This document shows positions 52,731 through 64,000 of a stretch of 64,000 nucleotides of DNA, one piece after another. Position numbers and translations under genes: made by a program. The stretch comes from Balanoglossus misakiensis (lineage: Eukaryota; Animalia; Hemichordata), in assembly GCA_040954595.2 (NCBI GenBank), contig CM082585.2:7665353-7729352 (forward strand), read 5' to 3'. Every line of letters starts with the position of its first letter. Positions within the stretch are counted from its first letter, which is position 1. The notes below the pieces were generated by a model, which ran no database searches, was not told where the DNA came from, and saw only the letters and a program-made list of their open reading frames with translations.

Positions 52731-55700
52731 ATGAGCGAGAACAGTGACATCGTAAATGACAACGCTGGTGGGACGTCGGAAAAAGAAGATCAAGGTGTAC
52801 CCGGCGAAGGTCTCGGGGAAGCTGTCGTTTCTGACGATGACCAAGTCGACGAGCATATCGACTCCGTGTCGGTGGAGCTAAATCGTCGCGACGGTGCCGA
52901 TGTGGGCGATATACCCGAACCAGCGCACCCGATCGAACGTTCGTCTTCCAGCCTGACCATCGAAAATGTGAAGGCGTTGGAGGAGGCCACGGAGCGGGCC
53001 GCCGACGGCGAGTGGTCCCCGACGAAATTTAGCAGCGGCCGGGCCAGCCGACAGAAGCAGCAACAGCCGGAGCCCGGCTCGCAGTCGTCGACACCCCACC
53101 TGCCGCCCGTCAGGACTGGCCGCGCCTCCGCCGACGTCGTGTCGCAAGCGTCGTCCCTGACGCAGAACGATGACGGGAATGCCAGTTCGCGGCCGGGCAG
53201 CCAGTTACCCGGGTCGGAACCACTACCTCCAATCGGCCAGAGTGGCGCCGAGTCAGAAAACTTCGATAGCACAACGATCAGGTCAGCAGATACGGAGAGC
53301 GCTGCGACTGGGGACTCAAGTAGCATGAAATTTGCAAGTACTAGTAGTAAGTATATGTCCTTGCTTACCCTTGACAAACCTAAAAAAGTAAATTTTAAAG
53401 TTTAGTAGGGTCAGCAGACAGTTACAAAAATCAAAGGACTATTGATATCCACAGCTTGCTGAAACATTTGAAATGAAAAATGACATTGAAAGAAACTGAT
53501 GACAACGGAAACTACGTTCTGTTAATGACATCTTCAGTTTGAATATTCAGAAACTTTAATATTTTTCTCCTCACAACAGGTCATCCACGGATTATGCAAT
53601 TCAAGAGAGAACTTCCTCCTGGTTTTGATTATGAACGTGAAACAAGCAACCTATCCAATGTGTCGGCCAAGTCCAACAGAACAACAGACAGCTGCTCTTC
53701 CAAGAAAACAGTCACTTTCAGTGAAAACACAGACAGGTAGGAGTATATGTGAAATTATGCATGGTAGTTGAAATACTGATGTATTATACAACTGTGCTCA
53801 TCTCTCACCCTGAAATAACCCATCTCAGTCAATAGAAAATCAAGACAACTTTCTGTATGTGGAAAAACATAATCCAAGAACGATAGAACTTTTTAACCTC
53901 ATAGTAACACTGGTCTTCTTGTGCAGGCCTTCCAGCAGAGCGTCTTCAAGAAAAGACCCCCTCTCCAAGACCATCGCCACCAGAGAAGTCCGAAGAATCC
54001 ATGCAGCAGACGGCAAGGAGATGGTGGCAGTATCCATAGGAACAGAGACAGAGTGGAGTTGGTTGGACAGCGTTCGATTGGCCGGTAAAATTGACGAACT
54101 GGAGGCAGCTAAGCCCAATCAACAGGGTAAGAATTTTAACATTTTTTTACACCGCTCTTTAACCTTTGAACTTTGACCTCAACAAAAGGGTATGGCTTAA
54201 CCATTTTGGACACATCATAATCATTTTTTTTATCAAGATTTTTGATTGGGAATCCCTATGTTGACCTCACATTGCATATATACTACCATGTAATATTTAA
54301 AGCCATATGATGTAGGTAATAGACTGTTGTTACCTACATGCCAGGTTTCCATGGCAACAAATGTCCTGACCTCATCAATTTTGAGTTACTTTTTATTGCT
54401 TTAAAGAGTGCATCAAGGATTGGAATTATAGTGTCTGTGTATCGAAATGTAATAAAATAGATTACATTGTTTATGTTAAATAATATGCTTCTGTTTTATT
54501 TTGATACTGAGAAAATTAGTGAAAAATTGGTAATATGGAAAAATGCAATTCAGTGTTTTGTGTGAGGTCATATGGTTGCCATGAGAAAATTGTAAGCCCA
54601 TCAAATCTCATTACAGTCTGCCATCTCACCGTCTGCATGTTCATGGAAAATTTATATTGATCAATTTTGTGTGTGTTTGGCAGTCTGAAATAGTCAGTAT
54701 GACAATCAAGATTGATTGGTGGATGGTAGCTTAATGGTGGTTTTTAAAGTTCATTCAAAATGCCCTAATTTTTTTTTTCTTGTGACACAAGAGGCTATTT
54801 ATGAACACCACCTAATGGATTCGTTTTATTAAAATATTTCCTTTTGAATTGAAGGAAAGAAAATCATCTTTCTGCCATCAGAATACAGTGTGAGGAGTTC
54901 AATTCCAGCTCTGATTTTAGCAGGACAATTTGTCCAATTTCTTGTTATTTTGAGACAAAAATTGTATTTACACTGAACCTGTAATAGTTTTAACGTATTT
55001 TTAATTTTTTTCTTAGAAACCATTGAGAAACAAGAACAAAAACAGCGACCACCAGAAGGCAGTGGGTTATCCAAAAAGAAGAGGCGAAAAAAACGCACTC
55101 CGATGTCGTCTGGCATGATATCAGACTCCGAGGGCGAGTCGACAGTTTCGGGTACGACAGGCGTCTCCGGGAAGTCGGCAAAAGCCAGCAGTACTCCGCA
55201 CACGAAGGAAAAACCTGACTTCTTCGATCTGGACCCAGATGGCATCCCTCCGCTAGAACTCAGTTCTGAATCTGATGTAAGTGAGGGGATATTTTTTTGT
55301 TTAATTGTCGAACAAAAATCTGAAATTCAAACATTGACTAGACTACAGTGTCATATCAGAAAAACTGTCAATGAACCAAGTCTATGACAGTTGAATGTAC
55401 ATTGAATATAATGTTAATCTAAAAAATAATGGAATTACATTGTAGCATTTCTGTTTAAATTTGTGCACAACCAAATTTCCTTGATTTTTGTTATTTCCTC
55501 TCAGCTGGTTATTGCTCGCTGCTGTCATTACTAAACCAGAACTATTCGAAAAAGAGCATCGCAATGTAAGCCTTTCCTGTGGGTTCAGAGTATCACTGAA
55601 ACGATTACGCCCCGAAGCATTAACCGATTTTTTTATGCGAGTTTTTCGCTCATTGCGAGTGCGTTCCCTGGAGAGTTGCCAGACAAAACTGATTAATGTG

Positions 55701-58700
55701 TACGCCATAATGCATTTGTCAGTCAATTCATGCAGCAGTATTAAATGTTAGCGGTATAACATTCATGCGTTATAGCGCTTCATCGTATCATTATCCGAGT
55801 AGCGTGTGTGAGTCGCCATGGCAACCGGCAGTGTGAGTCACTGTGGCAACCAGTTTACACGGTATTACTTATTCTAATGTGCTGTATGTGTACATGCCAC
55901 TCTTTAGACTTATTCAGCAACCAGTAAATATTAGCTTTTCATCTCATTTTCTGTCAGTAATCACCCTTAAATGAAAAATTCATTTCCAATAATACAATGC
56001 TAGATTGCTTTAATTACACCAAACCATTTAAATATAGGGGTGGAGGATCACTCACAGATCCGTATATTTCAAAACAAGAATTGCCTGCCCAGTGTCTTTT
56101 ATCACAGACTTTGCCCATAAACCATGTGCATGTCTCTTGATTTTTAAATAAAGCCATCCCTCCCTCAACTTTCCTTTTTTCCTCTATCATCCAGTCATCA
56201 GATTTTGAGGAATCTTTGAAAAGGGAAGGTGGAGATGACACGAGTGATTTGATGCCTGGCGTTGGGCCGCCGACCATATTACAGTACCAGCGAGAATCAG
56301 AACAGCCACAGACTGAATTCAAGGTGAGACTCAGAAACAAATACGAATGCCAGACTTGTGACCCTTCAAAAGAAAGGTTCATGACCAATGATTAACCCTT
56401 TCACCCCCAGTTCCCTCTACAGAGGTCCAAACTTACCGTAGAAAACAATGGGTTTGGACTGAACCATGGTGGTGAAAAGGGTTAAGAATAACCTATGTGT
56501 TTAACCAAATTTAGCAACTGTCAGAGTGTAGCAAAGTGCAGCCTAACTGAAGAAATGTATGGTAGTTCCAATGTGCATTTTGCAATGCTCAAAAAAAAAG
56601 ATGACCTGTTTTGTTTTTCCGCATGCCCTGAAGGAACCAGGGGCCAGAGGAAGTGACGGCCTTCCTGAAGGTGGAATTTGGAGCGGAACGTGCGAATTCT
56701 GCCAACAGAAAATAAAACCGTTCCCGACTCTGGAGATGCAACAGAGATACCCAGCAAGCCAGGTAGGTGGACTGCTTAGTCGGTGGCCAAAAGAAACGAT
56801 CAGATATCGTTTTTTTTTTCCCCGGAAAATAACCCTTACAGGTGTGGAAGTTGAGGTGTGTTGAGCTTCATTCATTATTGAGGCAAAAATAGACCTAGTA
56901 TCTCATCTACTTTATTTACGGTGTACATGGCATTTGAGCAAAGTGCTGGTGAATGCTCACTGACTTGTAAGGGTTATTTTTGGTGTAATCGTGATGAAAT
57001 GGATTTGAAAATAATTTTATGGAATGCGTATGAATTTTTGAAGAAAAAAAATTATGCATGTTGCATGAACCAGAATGGACTTGTCTTTCATGGGATTTGT
57101 GATGTGAGCATGTTGGTTCTCGAAGTCAAAGGAATGAAACATACCTGATGATTCCACCCATCTTGGAGCTTTCCCATGTCTTTTCTGTGGTCAGTTGGAC
57201 TTTTCCATTTGGGGATGGGGGAGTAAGTCCGTCCAGCACAGCGAGAACAACCACCTGTTGATTTAAGCACAAATCCTGCAATTAAAAATTACAGAACCAA
57301 ATAAAGGATGTTCAATTGCACGAGTAACTCAACCCAAATCCTTGGTAATAATAATAATATGTCGATAGGCATTATCATGGCTGCACTTAATTATTCACTA
57401 AGCAGTTGAAGGGTCATGTTCATGAGTATATAGGCAGTATGAAAATAAAAGTCTGCATGCAAGAATAATGCAAGCAACCTCCACCATGATGAGCAAGGTT
57501 TTGAGTTCTTAAAGTAGTGAGCTTATCGCTCAGTGTGTGTGTGCTTACTATTTCTATCCAAAAATGCAGACATGGTTTGGTTGCGTGCATTTCTGGATAG
57601 AATGTACATGTAAGAACTCAAATCCAAGCTTTGATCACTAAATATCGTGCATCGTATTTGCGGTATACCACAACCCCATGGTGCTTGTACAGGCCGCATG
57701 GTGATCATATTAGCTTTGTAATGAGTAGGTAAACACCCCCCCCCCCCCCCCCCCCACCCTTACCAACCCCCACCCACCCCTATCCTCACCACATCGTTCC
57801 CATAATCACATGGGCAACAACGCACTGAGTAGGCAGTGTTAAAAGTTTTGTAATGGAAAGACAATCAAGTAAATATTGCTTAAAGGAACCCTTCCCCATA
57901 ATTCACAACTAACAAAAACCATGGCATAGCAATAATGACTAGGTAATTAAGCAATACAGGGGGTCTAGATCAAAGAGAACAAATGCTGTTGTTTTGGGAT
58001 ATTTTTGCATGGAGATCTTCTTTTTCTTACTAGTGTATAGACTTTCTGTTCTGCTGCATGTTTCTCCAGACTAACTATGAATGTTTGGTATTAACATTTG
58101 TCTACTTATGTGAGGCGGTCTGTTTTGTCTTGTTTGTCTTGTCTAATCGACTGTAACATCAGCAATGAATTAGGAAACAAACTTATAAACAACCATGTGT
58201 AAACATATGCAGACACACATACTTTTGCATCGTTCACTCTTAATACATCAATACATCTCAGATACATACATACCCCGATTACCTGTACATACATTCCGAT
58301 TTAGTTTTCATTCATTTGTCCATACTATTTCTAAAAATACAAAACTACCCATTCTTGCAAGTAAACACCTGAGAAATCATGCAAGGTCCACAGGTACAAT
58401 AACAGTACAAATGTATTACAATTACACTCTAATACATGTACATACATACAAATACATACATTACGGATACACATGGAATATAAAGGCACACAGGTAATTA
58501 CATGTACACTCTAATACATACATACAAATACACACATTACAGACAACACTAAGAAAGTGTCCATGACTCAAACAAGATAACCTAATCTTCTGCATTCTGT
58601 GATTCTTTCCTGATGCATGTATCTATATTATCCTATCAAACATTTTATCCCTGTTTTTTTATTTCTTGCATGTATACAACCTTTGCATGGAATCTCACTA

Positions 58701-61700
58701 CGTACTCCTACCTGCATGCTCTGTGTCTATATTACCTTTACTCATGTTAATAACAATTTTCCCTTTTTTATGTGAATACTCATGGGGGAATAAACCTCAT
58801 CATTAATTACGTTTACATCTGTTGTGACATAACCTGTCTGTCCGTACCTTGATCACCATGACAACCACTGTGACATCACCATCGTCATGACGGTTCTCTG
58901 TAGTTGTTCTGCTGCAGCGAGTACCAAGAGTTCTATGAGGTATACTAGTAAAGACATTTTGATGTTTTCTTCTTGTAAAAGTGTAACTTGCACCTAAAGT
59001 GGGATGGAAAAAAGATGAGTTTATTAATTCTTAACAACCTAAATTGTGTATAATTAATGTAATTTACAATGGGAAGGTTATTTTTCAACTTTTTTGAACA
59101 AGAACAGAAATTTTTCCAAACAAAACTTTCCATGCAAAGCTAGGGGAACTTCTCTGTAAATTAACATATTTGATATGTCACATGACACTTTCGCCCAGTG
59201 AGATTTCCTGCCTGCAGAAGCCCCCCTATCCTGATAAAAAAAAGGTTATGATATCACTATTAAAAGTGTTTTCAATGATTATCATGAATGATTTACAGAA
59301 TTTAGATGTAAAATTCTCGAAGCAAGAACCACCTATTATGAATAAAACGTGCAATAAGTCTTAGAGGGACAAAGTAAACCTTTCAACTTCAAAATGTGAA
59401 TTTATTTTTGGACGTGTATCTGAGCTGTGGTAGTTATACTATAGTTTAGGATTTTTATGAATAGATTCAGATTCATTAGTTTATTTGTTATCTTAAGCGC
59501 TAATTACCAGAGTTTTGTGTTGTAAACAATTTGGTCTTATTGTTCGCCAAAGTGATTACAACATGAAGTCATTAATGGTCGGTCAAACTTTGTGCACTGG
59601 TGGTAATGTCACGTTTCTAGTGCACAAAGCGCCGCCATTTTTGTGCTGTCGTTCACGCGTCACCTTCCCGTCTTTCTCCATGATTAGCTGTACTGCTGTG
59701 AGGACTACCACCAGTTTGCTGAGTACACGATACGCAACGGACCGGAAGCCAACTACCCGGAAGATGAGAAAATCGACATCGCCCCGCACCCGCCGTTCGG
59801 CAGCAAGCAGGCCAGGCGGGCCGCTAAAGAACGGGCGGCCCAGCGAATGAGGGAACGGGAGATGGCCAGGCAGCGGGCGGCCGGGGCCAATCAGGCGAAT
59901 TTCTATGCGTGTGAGTATGCCAAATATGGAAGTAGCATGCAAATTTGCAAGACTATGCATGACAGCGTGTGATTGGTTGGTTTCCATCATTTGCATCATC
60001 TGTGGATGTCGTGTGTACTTTCTGTGATAGTTGCATTATCTCTGGGTCTCATATTTCTCCTTCGAAGGATAAAGTTCTATGTGGTTCACTGTTCCCATTG
60101 GAAATATGGATTTTACTTTCTGGTTTCGTTTAGTGGCTGCATTATCACAATGATCATGCATGTTTTGAGAGTTTAGCACTCGTAGAATTTGGAGCATCTT
60201 GGTACCTGCATTTCTTGAATTTTCAGTGTGCAACTTGGAGGCATATTTTGCATTTTGATTCTGTCCTTCTGGCAGTGTCCCCTCGATGCCCCCCCCCCCC
60301 CCCCTGAGAATGCTTGTTTTCACCTTGGAATCTGCCCACACACACAGGTTGTAATACTTTGCATGGACTACTCCACTTTGAAGTAGGGAGCATTGTGGTC
60401 ACACACTTGCATCCTGTTTTGCAGCTGGCCGTGATTTGCTTCTGATTTTGATGTCTGAGGTTCCCCCATTTTTGACTTTACAAGCAGATCTTTTTTTTCC
60501 TGTAATTTTTGACATTTCCTTCCAAACCTTCGCCATTTGCTGGATCAGCTCCAGTTATGTTCATGCGAGCAGACTTCAGTGGAGTCATGGGTGAAGATTA
60601 TGAAGGTTTGAATTGTTCACCTGTCGTATCAACTTTTCCCACGTCCAGTTTTCCCCACAATAACTTTTACACAAAAATTTCAGTTTGGAAACTTTTAGAA
60701 ATTGTAGGTTGTACAGTACTCACCAGTCGTTGTGTGGTTTTCATTGATGAACTGTTGTCCTAGTACAGGGTTTTGACCTCTGACACAAGTCTGGCGCTGT
60801 TCTTTTTTTTCTTTCGATTGTTGCCATGACATCCAGGTCTCTCTTTCAGGCATGTCTCGGCAGTGAACAACGCTTCATTGTCGCTCGTGAAGGACGTCGG
60901 TTATTTCACAATTCCGTGCTGAAATAAATTAACTGAGAAAGAAAGAAAGAAAGAGAGGTTGAAATAGTGGGACTGCATGAGCAATGGGTCGGGGCAACTA
61001 TTTTGTGTGGGTTAGATTTGTACTGATTGCTGGAGAAACATTTATGTAGTAATGTCCAACCACGCCACTTCCCTTACAATTTTAAGCAGCCACACTCCCG
61101 TCTACCTCAAGAAATAAAAAGTCCCCCCCCTCCCCCCAGTATTGAAGTTAGTTTGCACTGACTAACACCTTAACACAGCCAGATCAGGCCATGTTCACAC
61201 CTCTGCCCCTTTTACAAAATGGACTCAGCCACAGTGCCTTCAATTTGAATACAAAATATTGTGTGATGCAAAGTTTGTCAAAAAAATTCAATGGTGTGAA
61301 CATTGGTCTGTCATCAAAATACGACGTATGTTGCTTCACGATGTTTGAGCGTGTGTTTTCTTAACTCCAATAAATTGTAACAGCAAATGCCCAATACATG
61401 TACAATAACAGTAAAATATAAACGATGTCAACTTTTCAAGAAAAAAAATTGTGTTTTTAAGTAAAACACACATTGTTTGTTTGTTTCACCGTAAAAGTCC
61501 CATCACTTCCCGAACCTTCTAGCTGTGTTTTTTTTTATCAGCGACTTTCTCGTTTTCCTCTAACAGTGTTTCAGCCCCCCCCCCCCTATTTTCTTGTGGT
61601 TTGTTCCATAAGACGGGAAGCAGGTAATGGGAATATTCCATTACACTGACATAAAAAGGGACGTCACATCCTTGTAAAAGCAAACCAGTGTCTATACACT

Positions 61701-63909
61701 GTATACAATATATCATCATCCCTTTTTCTCAGTTGTGCATGGACCAAACCACAGGTCTTCATGGGGGTGTCAAGTATACACCTACTTCAGTGCAGCATGT
61801 GCACCTCGCCCGTTCATTTCAACATCACCCCATGTTATCCACCAGTTGCACCCCCACGATAATATGTGTTCCTGACACGTTTGTATCACTTGAAATTCAC
61901 ATTACACACTAATTATTGAGAAGTCTTCATTAAAGACACTTTCATTAGAAACACTAATCAACCAGAGGTGATCAAATACCGATGAATCAGAAATGAAGAT
62001 GACACAATATATTCTGACTGTTGTATATAGTGGAGTCTAGAGTAGCTTTATTTACAATGTCTTACTCATACAAGGATCTGAAAATATAAGTTTACCATCT
62101 GAAAATTGTCCACTTGGAACTATATGACTCTGCATGCACTATGAGAACTCCTATCAGCATTAAAATCATTTTGAGTAGAACATTTGTTTTAGCTATCAGA
62201 AGACAAGAACATATGTTTCATCCGTGATCATTTTTAGAACAAAAAAGCATACAACTTCATTCATCTCTTGAAGAAGAAAAAAATAGATTCTTATATTTTC
62301 AGATCAAGTCAATGCATGTTTTTTGATCCATAACTTCTTTCCATTATTGATTTCGCCTTGTTTGCACATTACGACAATGACATCGCTTCTTTCCATCATA
62401 TTTTTTATTATTCATGCATGTATATATATATATCACCATTCATCTGTGATGCATGCTGTACCTAACCTGTCATATGTTCCATTTTTTTCTCTCTCTATCT
62501 GTCCATTTTCATCTTCCTCCTCTCCCAAACCCCCCTCAAAAAAAACAGCCGGGACTTCAAAACGAGATAAGCTCGCACAGTATAAAACGGCAATCGCGGC
62601 GGGCCAGACAGATAGACGAGGCAGTCAGGGCGGCGGTGGTGGCGGTCGGGCTCGTCCGAGCGACGATCGGGCGGAGACCAAAAAGGTGGCCAGCGTGCGG
62701 GAGCGATCCCGGCTGGTCGACGGACTGGCGACCCACCGCCGCACCAAGCGGGGCAGCAGCACCACCGCCAGTGCCAGTGTCTCCACGCAGGACAAAGGCC
62801 TCAGCAGGCTGTCCAACAAGTGGGACATTTCCCTCGAGGTCACTGAGGCGGCCATGACTCGGCTGCAACAAAAGTTGATAGCGAAAGTTGACATCTTCCC
62901 AGAACCCTCGTCGTTGTGTATGTATAGACCTAACCAAACAAATGCTCATTGCTATTAAAAAGAATGCCAAATACATCATAATAATAGTTTTAAAAAAATT
63001 AAAAATAGATTCATTTGCAGTCATTTTTGTTCTGCCAGGCATTAGCTATTATTATTATTTTTAGCATTTTTATTTATAATATTAAACTGAAACAGGTGTG
63101 TATTATTCTGTAAATGTAGATTATAACTGCTAGCAATGAGCATGATTGGTGAATCAAAACTGGGCTGATGTTAATATCTTTCGGTTATCTGCTTTTCGTT
63201 GCTGTTGACGTTTAACTAACAAACTTAACACGAAGGCGCCGCCGTTCATTGACTCACTTGCACTGAGTAGATTAGAACGTAGAGTTAGTGTCTGCCCTGA
63301 AACAGGTTTTCTGCCCCCTCCAGATAAATAAAGTACATTTTGGGGGGAGGCTATAGTAGATTGAAAGTTAAACTCTCACAGCCAGCGGTGCGATGCAAAG
63401 TTCGTTTGCATACACCCATAGCTGTCGTTTGCGCTATATATCGCCGAAAATCGTACACTGCAACGACACAAACTAATCTCGACAATGCTTGTGTCCGAAC
63501 AGTCGCACGGCAGATGAAGACGATAAACTACGCCTACTCTTCCCAGAAGTGCCGAGAAGAGGGATGGACACTCCGGCCCCCGTCGCCGTTATTCGAGGAA
63601 GAGGCCGCACCCGAAGTGTTTGAACCGGAACCCTTACCACCGGCTTTCAGTGTCAAGGTCAGAATCCATTGTCTTGTTTTTATTACTGTGTAACTCTTGT
63701 CACAAGTACATAATAAGATTTTGATTGAATTGCTTTCAATATGATGAACTTTCTTCTCTCTTTAAAAATGATAAATTTCACACTATTGATTACATCTTTT
63801 GATTTAACCATTTGCAGGATAGAAAACACGAGCGTCCCTTGGTTCAGAAGTTTTACGAAAATGGAAACAAGTTTTTAACAATCTTTGCAGATGGAACTGG
63901 GAATGTGTT
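52731..63909 (+). CDS. ERICH6: Glutamate-rich protein 6-like (ERICH6/FAM194 family), 3'-incomplete in window
   Basis: Phase-consistent exons: 52731-53346, 53580-53736, 53927-54126, 55017-55276, 56195-56323, 56634-56762, 59688-59910, [62549-62917 symmetric cassette], 63503-63657, 63818-63909. Motifs recalled for the family: TEWSW, GPPTILQY..ES, CEFC...LYCC, RQMKTINY...GWT, and the FAM194 domain start KFYENGNKFLTIFADGTGNV. Confidence 0.82.
54345..54358. promoter_or_regulatory. RFX X-box motif
   Basis: GTTTCCATGGCAAC matches the GTNRCC-N-RGYAAC-type consensus; lies in an ERICH6 intron. Confidence 0.45.
55812..55850. promoter_or_regulatory. Tandem RFX X-box pair
   Basis: GTCGCCATGGCAAC (55812-25) and GTCACTGTGGCAAC (55837-50) in a 25-bp tandem duplication at the end of a CpG-rich patch. 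Confidence 0.5.
56396..56481. mobile_element. piggyBac-like MITE (86 bp)
   Basis: TTAA|CCCTTTCACCCCCA...TGGTGGTGAAAAGGG|TTAA: CCC/GGG termini and TTAA TSD. Confidence 0.8.
58904..58939 (+). CDS. Candidate 36-nt alternative exon of ERICH6-like gene (LFCCSEYQEFYE)
   Basis: Acceptor ttctctgtag, donor GAG|GTATAC, phase 0-0. Paralogous to the first 12 codons of exon 59688 (LYCCEDYHQFAE). Confidence 0.65.
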
Positions 63910-63918
63910 GTATCCTTT
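63910..63918 (+). other. U12-type (minor spliceosome) 5' splice site
   Basis: GTATCCTTT, the exact U12 consensus, at the point where the FAM194-like reading ends; no U2-type donor nearby. Confidence 0.85.
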
Positions 63919-64000
63919 GTATAAACAACATTCCAAGATATTATCTTGGAAGTCTTAGTAATATGCCATCAAATATAAGGAATTTCATTGACACTTACTT

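Noticed and set aside
52790-53377. 195-aa minus-strand ORF (also 59583-59999 and 62557-63042)
   Set aside because: Antisense shadows of GC-rich plus-strand coding exons.
57736-57780. Poly-C/poly-G tracts (also near 11213, 15463, 25727) as G-quadruplexes
   Set aside because: Simple homopolymers with no positional pattern; lengths are error-prone.
58420-58548. Local ~70-bp duplication rich in TACA
   Set aside because: Low-complexity intronic slippage with no sign of function.
60837-60899. Candidate phase 0-1 exon VSLSGHVSAVNNASLSLVKDV linking 58939 to 62549
   Set aside because: Weak donor (GTTATT) and no recognisable homology; cannot be supported without RNA data.

Overview
Eukaryotic (animal) genomic DNA, by inference a marine invertebrate deuterostome. 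Most ORFs in the supplied track are spurious because the real genes are spliced. Bases 1-~9077 are the edge of an 88-bp satellite array with two orientation switches (~1689/1690 and ~8866), both at palindromic motifs inside the monomer. Next to it, on the minus strand, is a TMEM254 orthologue with 4 coding exons (122 aa). Its 3' UTR carries a 5'-truncated LINE with a 13-bp target-site duplication. On the plus strand is an adhesion GPCR (ADGRD1/GPR133-like 7TM, GAIN/GPS, three C-type lectin domains; ~1075 aa if the candidate first exon at 14830 is correct, giving a 22.7-kb first intron). Its most unusual property is that one C-type lectin module is inserted between the two halves of another. 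There are three identical tRNA-Gly(TCC) genes and several MITEs. The window ends inside an ERICH6/FAM194-family gene with a U12-type 5' splice site, a duplicated 36-nt exon and intronic RFX X-box motifs. All exon models were built by hand from splice signals and phase continuity; no database search or RNA evidence was available.
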